A stretch of DNA of 42,506 nucleotides from Deltaproteobacteria bacterium (GTDB lineage Bacteria; CG2-30-53-67), in contig JAADIO010000042.1 of assembly GCA_013151235.1 (NCBI GenBank), positions 1 to 42,506 on the forward strand, in the 5' to 3' direction. Positions 19,423-28,385 of this stretch are shown piece after piece. The notes below the pieces were generated by a model. The model did no database searches. It was not told the DNA's origin and saw only the letters and a list, made by a program, of their open reading frames with translations. The position numbers were made by a program, and so were the translations under genes. The stretch's first letter is position 1. Each line of letters opens with the position of its first letter.

Positions 19423-20073
19423 TCACTCCACACCGGCGGATTCTCCTTTAGATGGTGTTTCTTCGGAAAGGGGATTCTGCCGGCCGGGGGAGGTGATCTT
19501 TTCCTCCGCTGCAGGCGGGTTCTCTTCCTGCTCTTCCACCTCTTCCATGATCTCCTGAAACTCCTTCAATGTCGGCAGGTCTTTGAGTGACCGGAGGCCG
19601 AAATATTCCAGAAACTCCCGGGTGGTGGCGTACATGATGGGATTGCCCACGGCCTCCATCCTCCCTGCAATTTTGATCAGATTCCGCTCCAGCAGGGTTT
19701 TGATGACGCCCGAGGAGTTGACGCCCCGGATGGCTTCGATCTCCGGAGTGGTCACCGGCTGTTTGTAGGCGATGGTCGCCAGGACTTCCAGCGCGGCGCC
19801 CGAGAGGCGGACCTTCTTGGGGCGGTTCAACTTTTTGATCCAGCCGCCGATCTCCTTCCGGGTTACGAGACGGTAGCCGCCCGCTAATTCCACGACCTGC
19901 AGGGCGCTGCCGTTTTCTTCCAGGAATCGGGCAAGGTCTGCAATGGCCTTCCGGATCATTGCCTTGTCGAGTTCATCGGATGCAAGAATCTCGTGTATCT
20001 TCTGAAGAGGCAGCGGGGTTTCGGACGCGAAAATCAAACCTTCGACCACCTGCCTGAGTTCTGTTTCGTTCAT
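19423..20073 (-). CDS. scpB: SMC-Scp complex subunit ScpB
   Basis: VEGLIFAS, LSGAALEVLATIAYKQPVT..EIEAIRGVNS and YATTREFLEYFGL.SL.DLP. Confidence 0.96.
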   Translation of the reverse strand: MNETELRQVVEGLIFASETPLPLQKIHEILASDELDKAMIRKAIADLARFLEENGSALQVVELAGGYRLVTRKEIGGWIKKLNRPKKVRLSGAALEVLATIAYKQPVTTPEIEAIRGVNSSGVIKTLLERNLIKIAGRMEAVGNPIMYATTREFLEYFGLRSLKDLPTLKEFQEIMEEVEEQEENPPAAEEKITSPGRQNPLSEETPSKGESAGVE

Positions 20074-20846
20074 GATTCCTCCGGGTTGGGTTGTTCCGGC
20101 AGGGAGTGCAAGGGAGGTTCTCCGCTGTTGCCTTCCCGTTCTACGGCTTTCCGGATTCGGATGGGACCGAAACGTTCCGTCTGTTCGATTCGGACCAGAC
20201 GAAGCCGGATAATTTCCAGCAGGGCGAGAAAGGTGACAATGACCTCCTGCCGGGGCGGCAGTCCGGGAAAAAGATCTTCAAAACGGATGCTGCTCTGCTC
20301 TGCCAGAGTGTCCATAATCCAGGAGATCTTCTCCTTGATACTCATGGTTTCGACCGTTACCTCATGGACTCCCTCGGCATTCGGCCGGCGTAAGACCTTT
20401 CGGAAGGCTTCCATCAGATCGAGCAGGTTCAGGTTAATCAACACCACTTCCTGTTCCGCCTTGATGTCGGTCGGGGCCCCGATGCCGTAGGTGTCGATCC
20501 AGAGGTTTTCCTGGGATCTCAATTCCTGGGCGGCCTCCTTGAACTTTTTGTATTCCAGCAGCCGTTCGACTAATTCCGCCCGGGGATCGGTTCCGTCCTC
20601 CTCCTCTCCGCTCTCCTCAATCGGCAGGAGCATCTTCGACTTGATCTGCGTCAGGGTGGCGGCCAGGACGAGAAAGTCTCCGACCATGTCGAGATTCAGG
20701 GTTTTCATCAGATCGAGGTAGTTCAGATACTCTTTCGTGATCAGAGCAATCGGGATATCGTAGATATCGATTTCGTGCTTCCGGATCAGGTGGAGCAGCA
20801 GGTCCATGGGACCTTCGAAGATGTTCAGTTTGACTTTGTAGGACAA
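20070..20846 (-). CDS. scpA: Segregation and condensation protein ScpA
   Basis: FEGPMDLLLHLI, DIPIA.IT..YL, IKSKMLLP, DPRAELVERLLEY and IVTFLALLE; TTG start. Confidence 0.96.
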   Translation of the reverse strand: MSYKVKLNIFEGPMDLLLHLIRKHEIDIYDIPIALITKEYLNYLDLMKTLNLDMVGDFLVLAATLTQIKSKMLLPIEESGEEEDGTDPRAELVERLLEYKKFKEAAQELRSQENLWIDTYGIGAPTDIKAEQEVVLINLNLLDLMEAFRKVLRRPNAEGVHEVTVETMSIKEKISWIMDTLAEQSSIRFEDLFPGLPPRQEVIVTFLALLEIIRLRLVRIEQTERFGPIRIRKAVEREGNSGEPPLHSLPEQPNPEES

Positions 20847-20851
20847 ACGGG

Positions 20852-20886
20852 AAATCCCCCTCGATCCCCCTTTCTCATAAAGGGGA
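20852..20886. repeat. Short REP-like palindrome (ATCCCCCT x2 plus hairpin)
   Basis: AAATCCCCCTCGATCCCCCTTTCTCATAAAGGGGA; stem CCCCTTT/AAAGGGG. Confidence 0.5.
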
Positions 20887-20927
20887 GTGAATCGTCACGG
20901 TAATCCCATTCGGGATACACGGAAGGT

Positions 20928-21911
20928 TCAGATTTTCATCGCTTCCCGGACCTGTGCCATGGTCTTTGCTGCGATTTTTCGTGCGGCATTCGTTCCTTGT
21001 TCCAGGATGGCGTCGATTTCTTCCGGGTGATCCAGCAGGGCCGCCCGCTTTTCGTGGATCGGCGCCAGCCGGCGGATCATATTTTTCAGTAGGACCTTTT
21101 TGCAGTCGATGCAACCGATTCCTGCTGTCCGGCATCCTTCGGCTACCTCGGCCAGTTCCGTCTCGGAAGAAAAAATCCTGTGGTAGGCATAGACCGGCGA
21201 GAGTTCCGGGTCGCCCGGATCATTGCGCCGTTTCCGCTGGGGATCGGTCATCATGGTCCGGACCTTCTCCCAGATCTCGTCGGGGGAATCGGAGAGGTAA
21301 ATGCAGTTGTTGTAGCTTTTGCTCATCTTCCGCCCATCCGTCCCCGGAAGTTTCAGGACCTTTGTATGGATCGCCTGGGGTTCGGGGAAAACCTCTTCGT
21401 AGAGATGGTTGAACCGGCGGCCGATCTCCCGGGTCAGTTCCAGGTGCGGGAGCTGGTCGATGCCGACGGGAACCTTGTGGGCGCGGTAGATCAGGATATC
21501 CGCCGACTGAAGAACGGGATAGCCGAGAAAACCGTAGGTTGAAAGGTCGCGCCCCGTCAACTGCTGTTGCTGTTCCTTGTAGGTGGGGCAGCGCTCCAGC
21601 CAGGGAAGGGGCGTGATCATGGAGAGGAGGACATGGAGCACGGCATGATCGGGGATCCAGGACTGGATAAAGATCGTCGCCTTCTCCGGATCAATCCCGA
21701 CGGCCAGCCAGTCGATCAGCATCTCCCGGATGTTGGCCCGGATTCCTTCCGTATTGGAATAATCGGTGGTCAGGGCGTGCCAGTCCGCCACGAAGAAAAA
21801 GCATTCATAATCATCCTGCATCTCCTGCCAGTTTTGCAATGCGCCCAGGTAATTTCCCAGATGAAGTCTTCCCGTGGGGCGCATCCCGCTTAACACTCGT
21901 TCCTTGCTCAT
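20928..21911 (-). CDS. trpS: Tryptophan--tRNA ligase
   Basis: SGMRPTGRLHLGNY (HIGH), YPVLQSADIL, VPVGIDQ and KMSKS. Confidence 0.98.
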   Translation of the reverse strand: MSKERVLSGMRPTGRLHLGNYLGALQNWQEMQDDYECFFFVADWHALTTDYSNTEGIRANIREMLIDWLAVGIDPEKATIFIQSWIPDHAVLHVLLSMITPLPWLERCPTYKEQQQQLTGRDLSTYGFLGYPVLQSADILIYRAHKVPVGIDQLPHLELTREIGRRFNHLYEEVFPEPQAIHTKVLKLPGTDGRKMSKSYNNCIYLSDSPDEIWEKVRTMMTDPQRKRRNDPGDPELSPVYAYHRIFSSETELAEVAEGCRTAGIGCIDCKKVLLKNMIRRLAPIHEKRAALLDHPEEIDAILEQGTNAARKIAAKTMAQVREAMKI

Positions 21912-21935
21912 TTAATTCTTCTCCTTTGATGTGCA

Positions 21936-22649
21936 TTATCCCCCTAACAGCAGGGTAATAATCCAGTTGAAGATCGGCCAGAGGGTGTAATCCAGCATTC
22001 CGCTCATGAGCAGCAGGACCAGAATAATCATCCCGAAGGGTTCTATCCGGGAAAAGCGCATCGCAGTTTCAGGCGGGAGAAGGCCGACGACGATCCTGCC
22101 CCCGTCCAATGGCGGAAGGGGAATCAGGTTGAAAAGCATCAGGAGAATGTTGATTACCACTCCTACACCGGCCATCAGGACCAGGGGGACGGCAAGGAGC
22201 AGTATGGGTGAAGCATTATGAAGAGGGGGCATCCGCATGGTTGTGATGAAGATTGTAAAGATCAATTTCAGCGGAGGAAAAAGTTTTACCAGCAGGGTAT
22301 AAATTACGGTAAAGATCAGTGCCAGACCGAGGTTGGTCATCGGGCCTGCACCTGCCACATAGACCATGTCACGTTTCGGTCGACGGAGATTCCGGAAATT
22401 GACCGGTACGGGTTTGGCCCATCCGAAGAGAAATTTTGAGCCGACGAAGATCAGAAACAGGGGCAGGATGATGGTTCCGATCGGATCGATGTGGGGCACG
22501 GGGTTCAGCGTCAGCCTCCCCATCTGCCGGGCGGTATTGTCCCCGAACATTTCCGCCACCCAGCCGTGTGCGACTTCGTGCAAGATAATGGAAAAGATTA
22601 TCGGCGGAGCCATGACCGCTGTAAGCTGGATAAAATGTCCCGGATCCAT
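21936..22649 (-). CDS. Site-2 protease (M50 family)
   Basis: HEVAH zinc motif, GRLTLNP, GWAKPVP, AGP..N and FNLIPLPPLDG. Confidence 0.93.
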   Translation of the reverse strand: MDPGHFIQLTAVMAPPIIFSIILHEVAHGWVAEMFGDNTARQMGRLTLNPVPHIDPIGTIILPLFLIFVGSKFLFGWAKPVPVNFRNLRRPKRDMVYVAGAGPMTNLGLALIFTVIYTLLVKLFPPLKLIFTIFITTMRMPPLHNASPILLLAVPLVLMAGVGVVINILLMLFNLIPLPPLDGGRIVVGLLPPETAMRFSRIEPFGMIILVLLLMSGMLDYTLWPIFNWIITLLLGG

Positions 22650-22668
22650 TTGATATCCTCTAATATTT

Positions 22669-22800
22669 GATGAAGTCGTAAAAAGTCGTTTTTCGGATTC
22701 CGTTCATGGTTCGACAAGCTCACCACGAACGGAATATCAATGACTTACACCGTTCGCCCTGAGCCGGTCGAAGGGCTTCGTGACTTTTTACGAGACCATC
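22669..22800 (+). mobile_element. MITE-like element, copy B (complete, 132 bp)
   Basis: TIRs GATGAAGTCGTAAAAAGTC / GACTTTTTACGAGACCATC (16/19 match), flanked by the 6-bp direct repeat ATATTT (22663-22668 and 22801-22806). Non-coding. Confidence 0.9.
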
Positions 22801-22928
22801 ATATTTCAACAGGTTAAAAAGATATAGTTTATGCAAAACATGAGGTGTTTCGATGCCCGCTGAAAATTATCAGAAAGGGGAGGGTAAAGTCAATGTTTTT
22901 GTCTGTTGAAGCGGGCTATGGCGTGTGT

Positions 22929-24143
22929 CTAACCGGTTTCCTGGAGGTTGATCCGGCCGATCCGGATCCCCTTGATGGCGGTGAGGTGCTGCTTGCGTAC
23001 GATCTTCTGCTGGGCGGTATCATCCGGGTTGTTTGTTGATAATTCGGGATAATGAAGCTTCCGGGAAAAGAGTATCCTTCCTTTTGAATAAACCGAGGTC
23101 TGGACGGTCCCGTTTGAACCGATCTTTTCCGTCAGGATGTGGAGCGGACGATCCTGGTACTCAATGTTGTCCATGAACCAGATCTCTTTTTTCTCAGGTC
23201 CTTCCGGTTTCCCGCAGGCGGCTTTTTCGATTGCGGCTACGGGAAGTGTTACTCCTTCCAGGATTCTGTCGGCAATAAGACCCATCTGTTCCGAGGCCTT
23301 GCGATTTTCGGGATCAAGGGTGAAGGGGCGCAAGTTTCGTGTTGACCTCTTGATCTCCGGATCGTATTCCATGGTTCCGAGTAACTTCGGTGTAATGGCC
23401 GAGAATTTCCCGCTGACCGTGGAAACCACATTCGCCGCACGGACATCTTTCGGACTGTCCACCATATTGATGATCAATCCGGGCGAAAACCGTTCCAGCA
23501 TTTCCAGGATCACATCTTTGTAATAACGATCTACATGGGAAAGCCGGTCAAGTAATTCCGGGATGGAGCTGATCTTGTCCCGGCTTCTGACGTGTGTTGC
23601 CGAGTGGACCATGTAGGAGATCAGCGTATTGCTGGGAAAGCTCTTCAGGATCTTCCGGAAGACCGCCATTTTCAAAAACTGATAAGTGTTCCGGATCGAC
23701 GAAGGGTCGTTGGTGGAAATCATGACTCCTTCCTCGGAGAGGAGAAAAAGGTCGAGAATGTCGGGGGTGATGGCGCCGCCCAGATCGATGATCAGGATAT
23801 CAGCGTTCAGACGGGGCATGGCGGAGATGATCTTCCGGGTGAGTTGTGTCTTATAGTCGGGGTAGGCCGGCAGATGCCGACTGCCGCCGATGATGGAAAG
23901 GCCCTGGATCGGTGTCTCCATGGTGACCCGGGAGAGATCTGAGACATTTTCCGTCAGAAGGTCGTTCAGTGTCTTCGGCAGGTAGGGAATACCCAGCGCT
24001 GTGTGCAGATTGGAGGCGCCGAGGTCGGCATCTAAAAGTACGACCTTGCGGTTCATCCGGGCAAAGAGAATCCCGAGGTTGGCGGCGAACATGGTTTTCC
24101 CCACTCCGCCTTTTCCGCTTGCGATCGGAAGGATGCGCATCAT
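22929..24143 (-). CDS. MinD/FlhG-like P-loop ATPase with an extra C-terminal domain
   Basis: Deviant Walker A SGKGGVGKT, LLDADLGASNLH and LIIDLG, followed by an approximately 85-aa C-terminal extension. Confidence 0.85.
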   Translation of the reverse strand: MMRILPIASGKGGVGKTMFAANLGILFARMNRKVVLLDADLGASNLHTALGIPYLPKTLNDLLTENVSDLSRVTMETPIQGLSIIGGSRHLPAYPDYKTQLTRKIISAMPRLNADILIIDLGGAITPDILDLFLLSEEGVMISTNDPSSIRNTYQFLKMAVFRKILKSFPSNTLISYMVHSATHVRSRDKISSIPELLDRLSHVDRYYKDVILEMLERFSPGLIINMVDSPKDVRAANVVSTVSGKFSAITPKLLGTMEYDPEIKRSTRNLRPFTLDPENRKASEQMGLIADRILEGVTLPVAAIEKAACGKPEGPEKKEIWFMDNIEYQDRPLHILTEKIGSNGTVQTSVYSKGRILFSRKLHYPELSTNNPDDTAQQKIVRKQHLTAIKGIRIGRINLQETG

Positions 24144-24220
24144 TTTCTCCGTTGTCGTTTGACTGGAAATTCTGTCACAAGATACGGGAACATCATGGTA
24201 TTGTCAATCATTTTCATCTC

Positions 24221-24263
24221 TTTTTATGGGGTATTGATTTCCTGAATTCATGCCCCATAAAAA
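24221..24263. promoter_or_regulatory. Inverted repeat in a divergent promoter region (possible operator)
   Basis: Perfect 11-bp arms TTTTTATGGGG ... CCCCATAAAAA. Confidence 0.45.
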
Positions 24264-24279
24264 CAGAAATGAAATGAAC

Positions 24280-24309
24280 TTGACATTTTCTATGCAGGAC
24301 ATATATGAT
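24280..24309 (+). promoter_or_regulatory. Putative sigma70 promoter of fchA-folD
   Basis: TTGACA-18 bp-TATGAT. Confidence 0.55.
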
Positions 24310-24363
24310 TTTCATTTTTAAATCGGTTGATTTTTTTCTACATTAACGACAGGAGAAAAGGGA

Positions 24364-24996
24364 ATGTACCTCGCAAAGCCGATGGAACACTACATCGATA
24401 AGCTGGCCTCGAAATCACCCGAACCGGGCGGGGGGAGCGCTGCGGCCCTCGTGGGGAGTGTCGGCGCGGCCTTGGTGAGCATGGTCGGCAACCTGACACT
24501 GGGGAAAGAAAAGTACCGGGACGTCCAGGGACGGATTGAAGAACTCCTTGCCGGGAGTGAAGCGGTACGGTCCGAACTACAGCGCCTGGTTCAGGAAGAT
24601 ACGGAGGCTTTTTCGGCCGTTTCCGAGGCCTACAAGCTACCGAAAGGGACGGACGAAGAGAAGAAAGCCCGTTCCGAGAAGATCCAGGAGGGACTGAAAG
24701 GCGCCGCCACGGAGGTTCCCTTTCAGATCTGTGAGAAATCCCTCAAGGTGGCCCGTCTCAGCAAGATCGCCGCGGAGATCGGAAACGTCCAGGCCGTGAG
24801 TGATGCCGGCGTGGCAGTACTCTTTGCCGATGCCTGTGCCCAGGCGGCGGCGATGAACGTCCGGATCAACCTGAATTCGATTCGTGATGAATCTTTCAAT
24901 AAAGCAAAATGGGACCGTGTGCAGGAGGTCCTTCAGGAGATGGAGCGGCTTCGGGAAGAAGTTGTCGCAATGACCTATCAGAAAATCCGTTCATAG
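24364..24996 (+). CDS. fchA: Cyclodeaminase/cyclohydrolase family protein (FchA-type methenyl-THF cyclohydrolase)
   Basis: LASKSPEPGGGSAAAL, MVGNLT, ED.EAF...AYKLPK, GN..AVSDAGVA and NVRINL; lies directly upstream of folD. Confidence 0.85.
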   Translation: MYLAKPMEHYIDKLASKSPEPGGGSAAALVGSVGAALVSMVGNLTLGKEKYRDVQGRIEELLAGSEAVRSELQRLVQEDTEAFSAVSEAYKLPKGTDEEKKARSEKIQEGLKGAATEVPFQICEKSLKVARLSKIAAEIGNVQAVSDAGVAVLFADACAQAAAMNVRINLNSIRDESFNKAKWDRVQEVLQEMERLREEVVAMTYQKIRS

Positions 24997-25013
24997 TTAC
25001 GAGGGAGGGAAAA

Positions 25014-25928
25014 ATGTCAGCAAGAGTGATCGATTGCGTAGCCATTGCCAATGAAATCAAGGACGAAATCAAAAAGGAAGTGGAAACCCTGAAAGGGAAG
25101 GGGATTACCCCCGGAATCGCCACGCTTCTTGTGGGGGACAACTTCGGCGCCCGGATGTACCGGGGGCAGGTGGAGAAGTTCTGCGGCGAGGTCGGTTTCA
25201 ATTACATCAACGCCAATCCCGCGGCCGATGCCACCGAGGCGGACGTTATGGGGATCGTAAAGGAGCTGAACGAGGATGACAAGGTGAGCGGCATCCTTCC
25301 GCTTCGCCCCTTCCCGGAGCAGATTGCCGATACGGTTGTGATCAACAGCATTGATGTGAACAAGGATATCGACTGCTTCCATCCTTACAATATGGGCAAA
25401 CTCGCCCTCGGTGAGACCACCTTTCCGCCGGCGACCCCTGCCGCCTGCATTGAAATTCTGGAACGGGAAGGGCTCAACTTCACCGGGGCCGAGATCGTCG
25501 TGGTCGGTCACAGCAACATCGTCGGTAAACCGGCCATGCTCCTGGCCCTCAACCGGAACGCCACCACCACCAACGTCCATGTTTTCACCGCCCAGGCCGG
25601 AAATTCCGACAAGCATACCCTGGGAGCCGATGTCCTGATCGTCGGCGCCGGCGTCCCCAACCTGATCAGGAAGCACCAGGTCAAGGCGGGAGCGATCGTC
25701 ATCGATGTCGGGATCAACCGGGTGAAGGTCCTCGATGAGAAGGGCGAACCGGTCCTGAACGACAAGGGGAAACCGAAGACCAAGACCGTGGGCGATGTCG
25801 CCTTCGACGAGGTCTGCGAAGTCGCCTCGGCCATTAGTCCCGTACCCGGCGGCGTCGGCGCCGTGACCAACATGATGCTCATGAAGAACGCCCTGAAGGC
25901 GTGCAAGATCCAGCACAAAATCGACTGA
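25014..25928 (+). CDS. folD: Methylene-THF dehydrogenase FolD, likely monofunctional
   Basis: KDIDCFHP, PATPAA, VVVGHSNIVGKP, VIDVGINR, GDV.F and SPVPGGVGAVT; ATG at 25014 after GGGAGG. Confidence 0.93.
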   Translation: MSARVIDCVAIANEIKDEIKKEVETLKGKGITPGIATLLVGDNFGARMYRGQVEKFCGEVGFNYINANPAADATEADVMGIVKELNEDDKVSGILPLRPFPEQIADTVVINSIDVNKDIDCFHPYNMGKLALGETTFPPATPAACIEILEREGLNFTGAEIVVVGHSNIVGKPAMLLALNRNATTTNVHVFTAQAGNSDKHTLGADVLIVGAGVPNLIRKHQVKAGAIVIDVGINRVKVLDEKGEPVLNDKGKPKTKTVGDVAFDEVCEVASAISPVPGGVGAVTNMMLMKNALKACKIQHKID

Positions 25929-25949
25929 AGGTGCTGACGTCATCAGAAT

Positions 25950-25990
25950 AAAAAAACCGCCGGACCCGTGAAGGAGACGGCGGTTTTTTT
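25950..25990. terminator. Bidirectional intrinsic terminator
   Basis: AAAAAAACCGCCG...CGGCGGTTTTTTT between convergent folD and the S8 protease gene. Confidence 0.85.
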
Positions 25991-26085
25991 GTAACTACCC
26001 GCCGAGGGAGGAGAATTCCGGTCGGTTGCAGGAATGCCGGAAGATGCAGGGCGAAGTTCTGCGCCGTCGGAAATGCTCTGAATCA

Positions 26086-28290
26086 TCAATGAACTTGCCG
26101 GACACTCGATTCTTTCCCAACGTCATGATCGCGGATTGGCTTTGATATCCGGAACAGACTCACGCCTCCCAAGGCAACGAGGAACCCGGCAAAAAACACC
26201 TTCCAGGAAATGCCGCTCTTTACCATCAAGGATCCGAAAAGAAAGAGAGGGAAAAGCAGAATTCGGGCAACCGCTCGCAGGAGGGGATGTGCGGCAATCA
26301 CTGCAGCGAAAGGCGGGCTGTAGCGGTAATAGAGGCGGACGAAGAGACGCCCTGCGGAGTTGGTCAGAAGGTATCGGTCCCGGAAACGGCGCAGGGTCCG
26401 GACATGGGGTTCCAACTGGGAGCCGTAAGCGGCGGTGGCGATAAAGCAGTTGCCCGTCACCTTTCCACTACCCGCCGAAGAGACTTTGATCGTCCCGGAT
26501 GTTCCGGAGAAGCCCCGGACGTCGGAGACGGTGACCGTGGTGCTTCCTCCGGATTTTCCGGTGGCGACCCCGCTTGCGGCATCGACCGTCAGGACGGTCG
26601 GGTCGCTGCTTGTAAAGGTATAGGGAGCGGTTCCGCCGGTTGCGGTAAGGGTCGTGGTTTCATTTTGCGAAAGGGACGTGGCGGCGGCGGTGACGGTGAT
26701 CTCCTCGACGTAGATCGTTCCCGAGGTGTAGGCCCCGTTATTGGCGGAGACGGTGCAGGAACCGGCCCCTTTTGCGGTAAAAAGGCCGTTGGCGTTAATG
26801 GTTCCCACGCTTGCATTGCTCGTACTCCAGTTGACGGCGGTGGCGCCGTCGAGGGTGAACTGACGGGTTTCGGCTTTGAGGAGTGACGTACCGTAGGGGA
26901 CGACAACGATCCGGCTGTACAGAGCCGCCGCCGCATTGAGCCTTCCGCCCGATGTTGTAAAGTCGGTAATATTCGTGTCGGAAACCGTGTCGACGCTGTC
27001 CAGGATCCGGGCCTTGATCCGGTCGGGCGTTAAGCTCGGGTCGTTGGTCAGGAGAAGACCGGCGGTGCCTGTGACAAAGGCGGCGGCCTGGGAGGTCCCG
27101 TCCTTCCAGTAGTAATCTTTCGTATTGTCGGGCTGGTTGGCCGGGGCATCGCCGACGATGAAGGTGCTGTAGATCAGTTCTCCCGGTGCTGCGAGATCAA
27201 CATCGCGGGCGCTCACGGCGGCCTTGGTGCCGGTACCGAAATCGGCCAGGTTGTCATCGGGGTCGGTGGCCGTGACGGAGAGGATATTGTCGAGATTGAA
27301 TTTTGCCGGGTATTCCACGGTCGCGGTGTTCCCCGCAGCGGCAACGACGAGGAGACCGTTGTCCCGGGCATCCTTGATGGAATCGTAAAGGGCCTGGCTG
27401 AAACTGGTGAGCCCCCAACTGGCATTGATGATCTTCGCTCCGTTGTTGATGGCATATTCGACGGCGAGGACGATCTTGTCGACCGGACCCACGCCGTCGG
27501 TATTGAGAACCTTGAGGATCATGAGCGAGACATTCCAGTTGATCCCGGCGACGCCGATGCCGTTGTTTCCTTCCGCGCCGATGATCCCGGCGATATGGGT
27601 GCCGTGATCATTGGTATTGCTTCCGACACTGAGATTGTCATCGTTGGGATCGTTGTCGTCATTGATGAAGTCCCACCCCTGACGGTCATCGATGTATCTA
27701 TTGCCGTCGTCATCCTTCCCGTTTGAGGCGATTTCACCCGTATTGATCCAGAGTTGATTAGCGAGGTCGGGATGGTTCAGATCCATTCCCGTGTCGAGGA
27801 TGGCGATCACCGTGTCGGTGGTCCCGGTGACGATACTCCATGCCTCCGGGGCGTCAATGTCGTCACCGGATGTGCCGGTTGTGCTGCCGGTCCCGATCGT
27901 CTGTCCCGTATTGTACAGGCCCCACTGTTGTTGCCATTTCTTCTGCGCGGCGGAACTCGTCTTTTCGTTGGGAAAGGTCGCTGCCAGGGCATGGACGAGA
28001 TAGTTCGGCTCGGCATAAAGGACATCGGGATCGCTTCGGAATTTTTGGAGTGCCTCTTCAACGGTGGTCCCTTCGGGAAGACGGACATGATGCAGGTTCA
28101 GCCGACGGGAACCGTCAAGACTTTCGACCCCCTTTATGCTCAGGGACCGGGCCACGGCCGAAGCGGAGACGGAAGCTTTGTATCGGACCAGGAGTTCTCC
28201 CGGCACGTAAGGACTTTCCGCGTACAACCTGTTCGGAAGGGGGGAGAAGAGAAAGAGACAGACAAGAAAGAAGAGACTCCATTTTTTCAT
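26086..28290 (-). CDS. Secreted subtilisin-like (S8) serine protease with Ig-like repeats and a CFI-box-CTERM tail
   Basis: Signal peptide, propeptide ending YAEPNY, triad ILDTG / HGTHIAG / GTSQA, oxyanion AAAGN, Thr/Ser-rich Ig-like repeats ([22 protein letters not shown]), [10 protein letters not shown]...LRRFRDRYL...YYRYSP and a C-terminal TM helix. Confidence 0.92.
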   Translation of the reverse strand: MKKWSLFFLVCLFLFSPLPNRLYAESPYVPGELLVRYKASVSASAVARSLSIKGVESLDGSRRLNLHHVRLPEGTTVEEALQKFRSDPDVLYAEPNYLVHALAATFPNEKTSSAAQKKWQQQWGLYNTGQTIGTGSTTGTSGDDIDAPEAWSIVTGTTDTVIAILDTGMDLNHPDLANQLWINTGEIASNGKDDDGNRYIDDRQGWDFINDDNDPNDDNLSVGSNTNDHGTHIAGIIGAEGNNGIGVAGINWNVSLMILKVLNTDGVGPVDKIVLAVEYAINNGAKIINASWGLTSFSQALYDSIKDARDNGLLVVAAAGNTATVEYPAKFNLDNILSVTATDPDDNLADFGTGTKAAVSARDVDLAAPGELIYSTFIVGDAPANQPDNTKDYYWKDGTSQAAAFVTGTAGLLLTNDPSLTPDRIKARILDSVDTVSDTNITDFTTSGGRLNAAAALYSRIVVVPYGTSLLKAETRQFTLDGATAVNWSTSNASVGTINANGLFTAKGAGSCTVSANNGAYTSGTIYVEEITVTAAATSLSQNETTTLTATGGTAPYTFTSSDPTVLTVDAASGVATGKSGGSTTVTVSDVRGFSGTSGTIKVSSAGSGKVTGNCFIATAAYGSQLEPHVRTLRRFRDRYLLTNSAGRLFVRLYYRYSPPFAAVIAAHPLLRAVARILLFPLFLFGSLMVKSGISWKVFFAGFLVALGGVSLFRISKPIRDHDVGKESSVRQVH

Positions 28291-28385
28291 GAGAGGGACC
28301 CCTTGTAGATATGTGCCACCCGGTTTTTCAGAAGGTATCAAGTGTGCTCTGATACAGTCAATAGAAAACTTTCGCTAAAAAGAAC

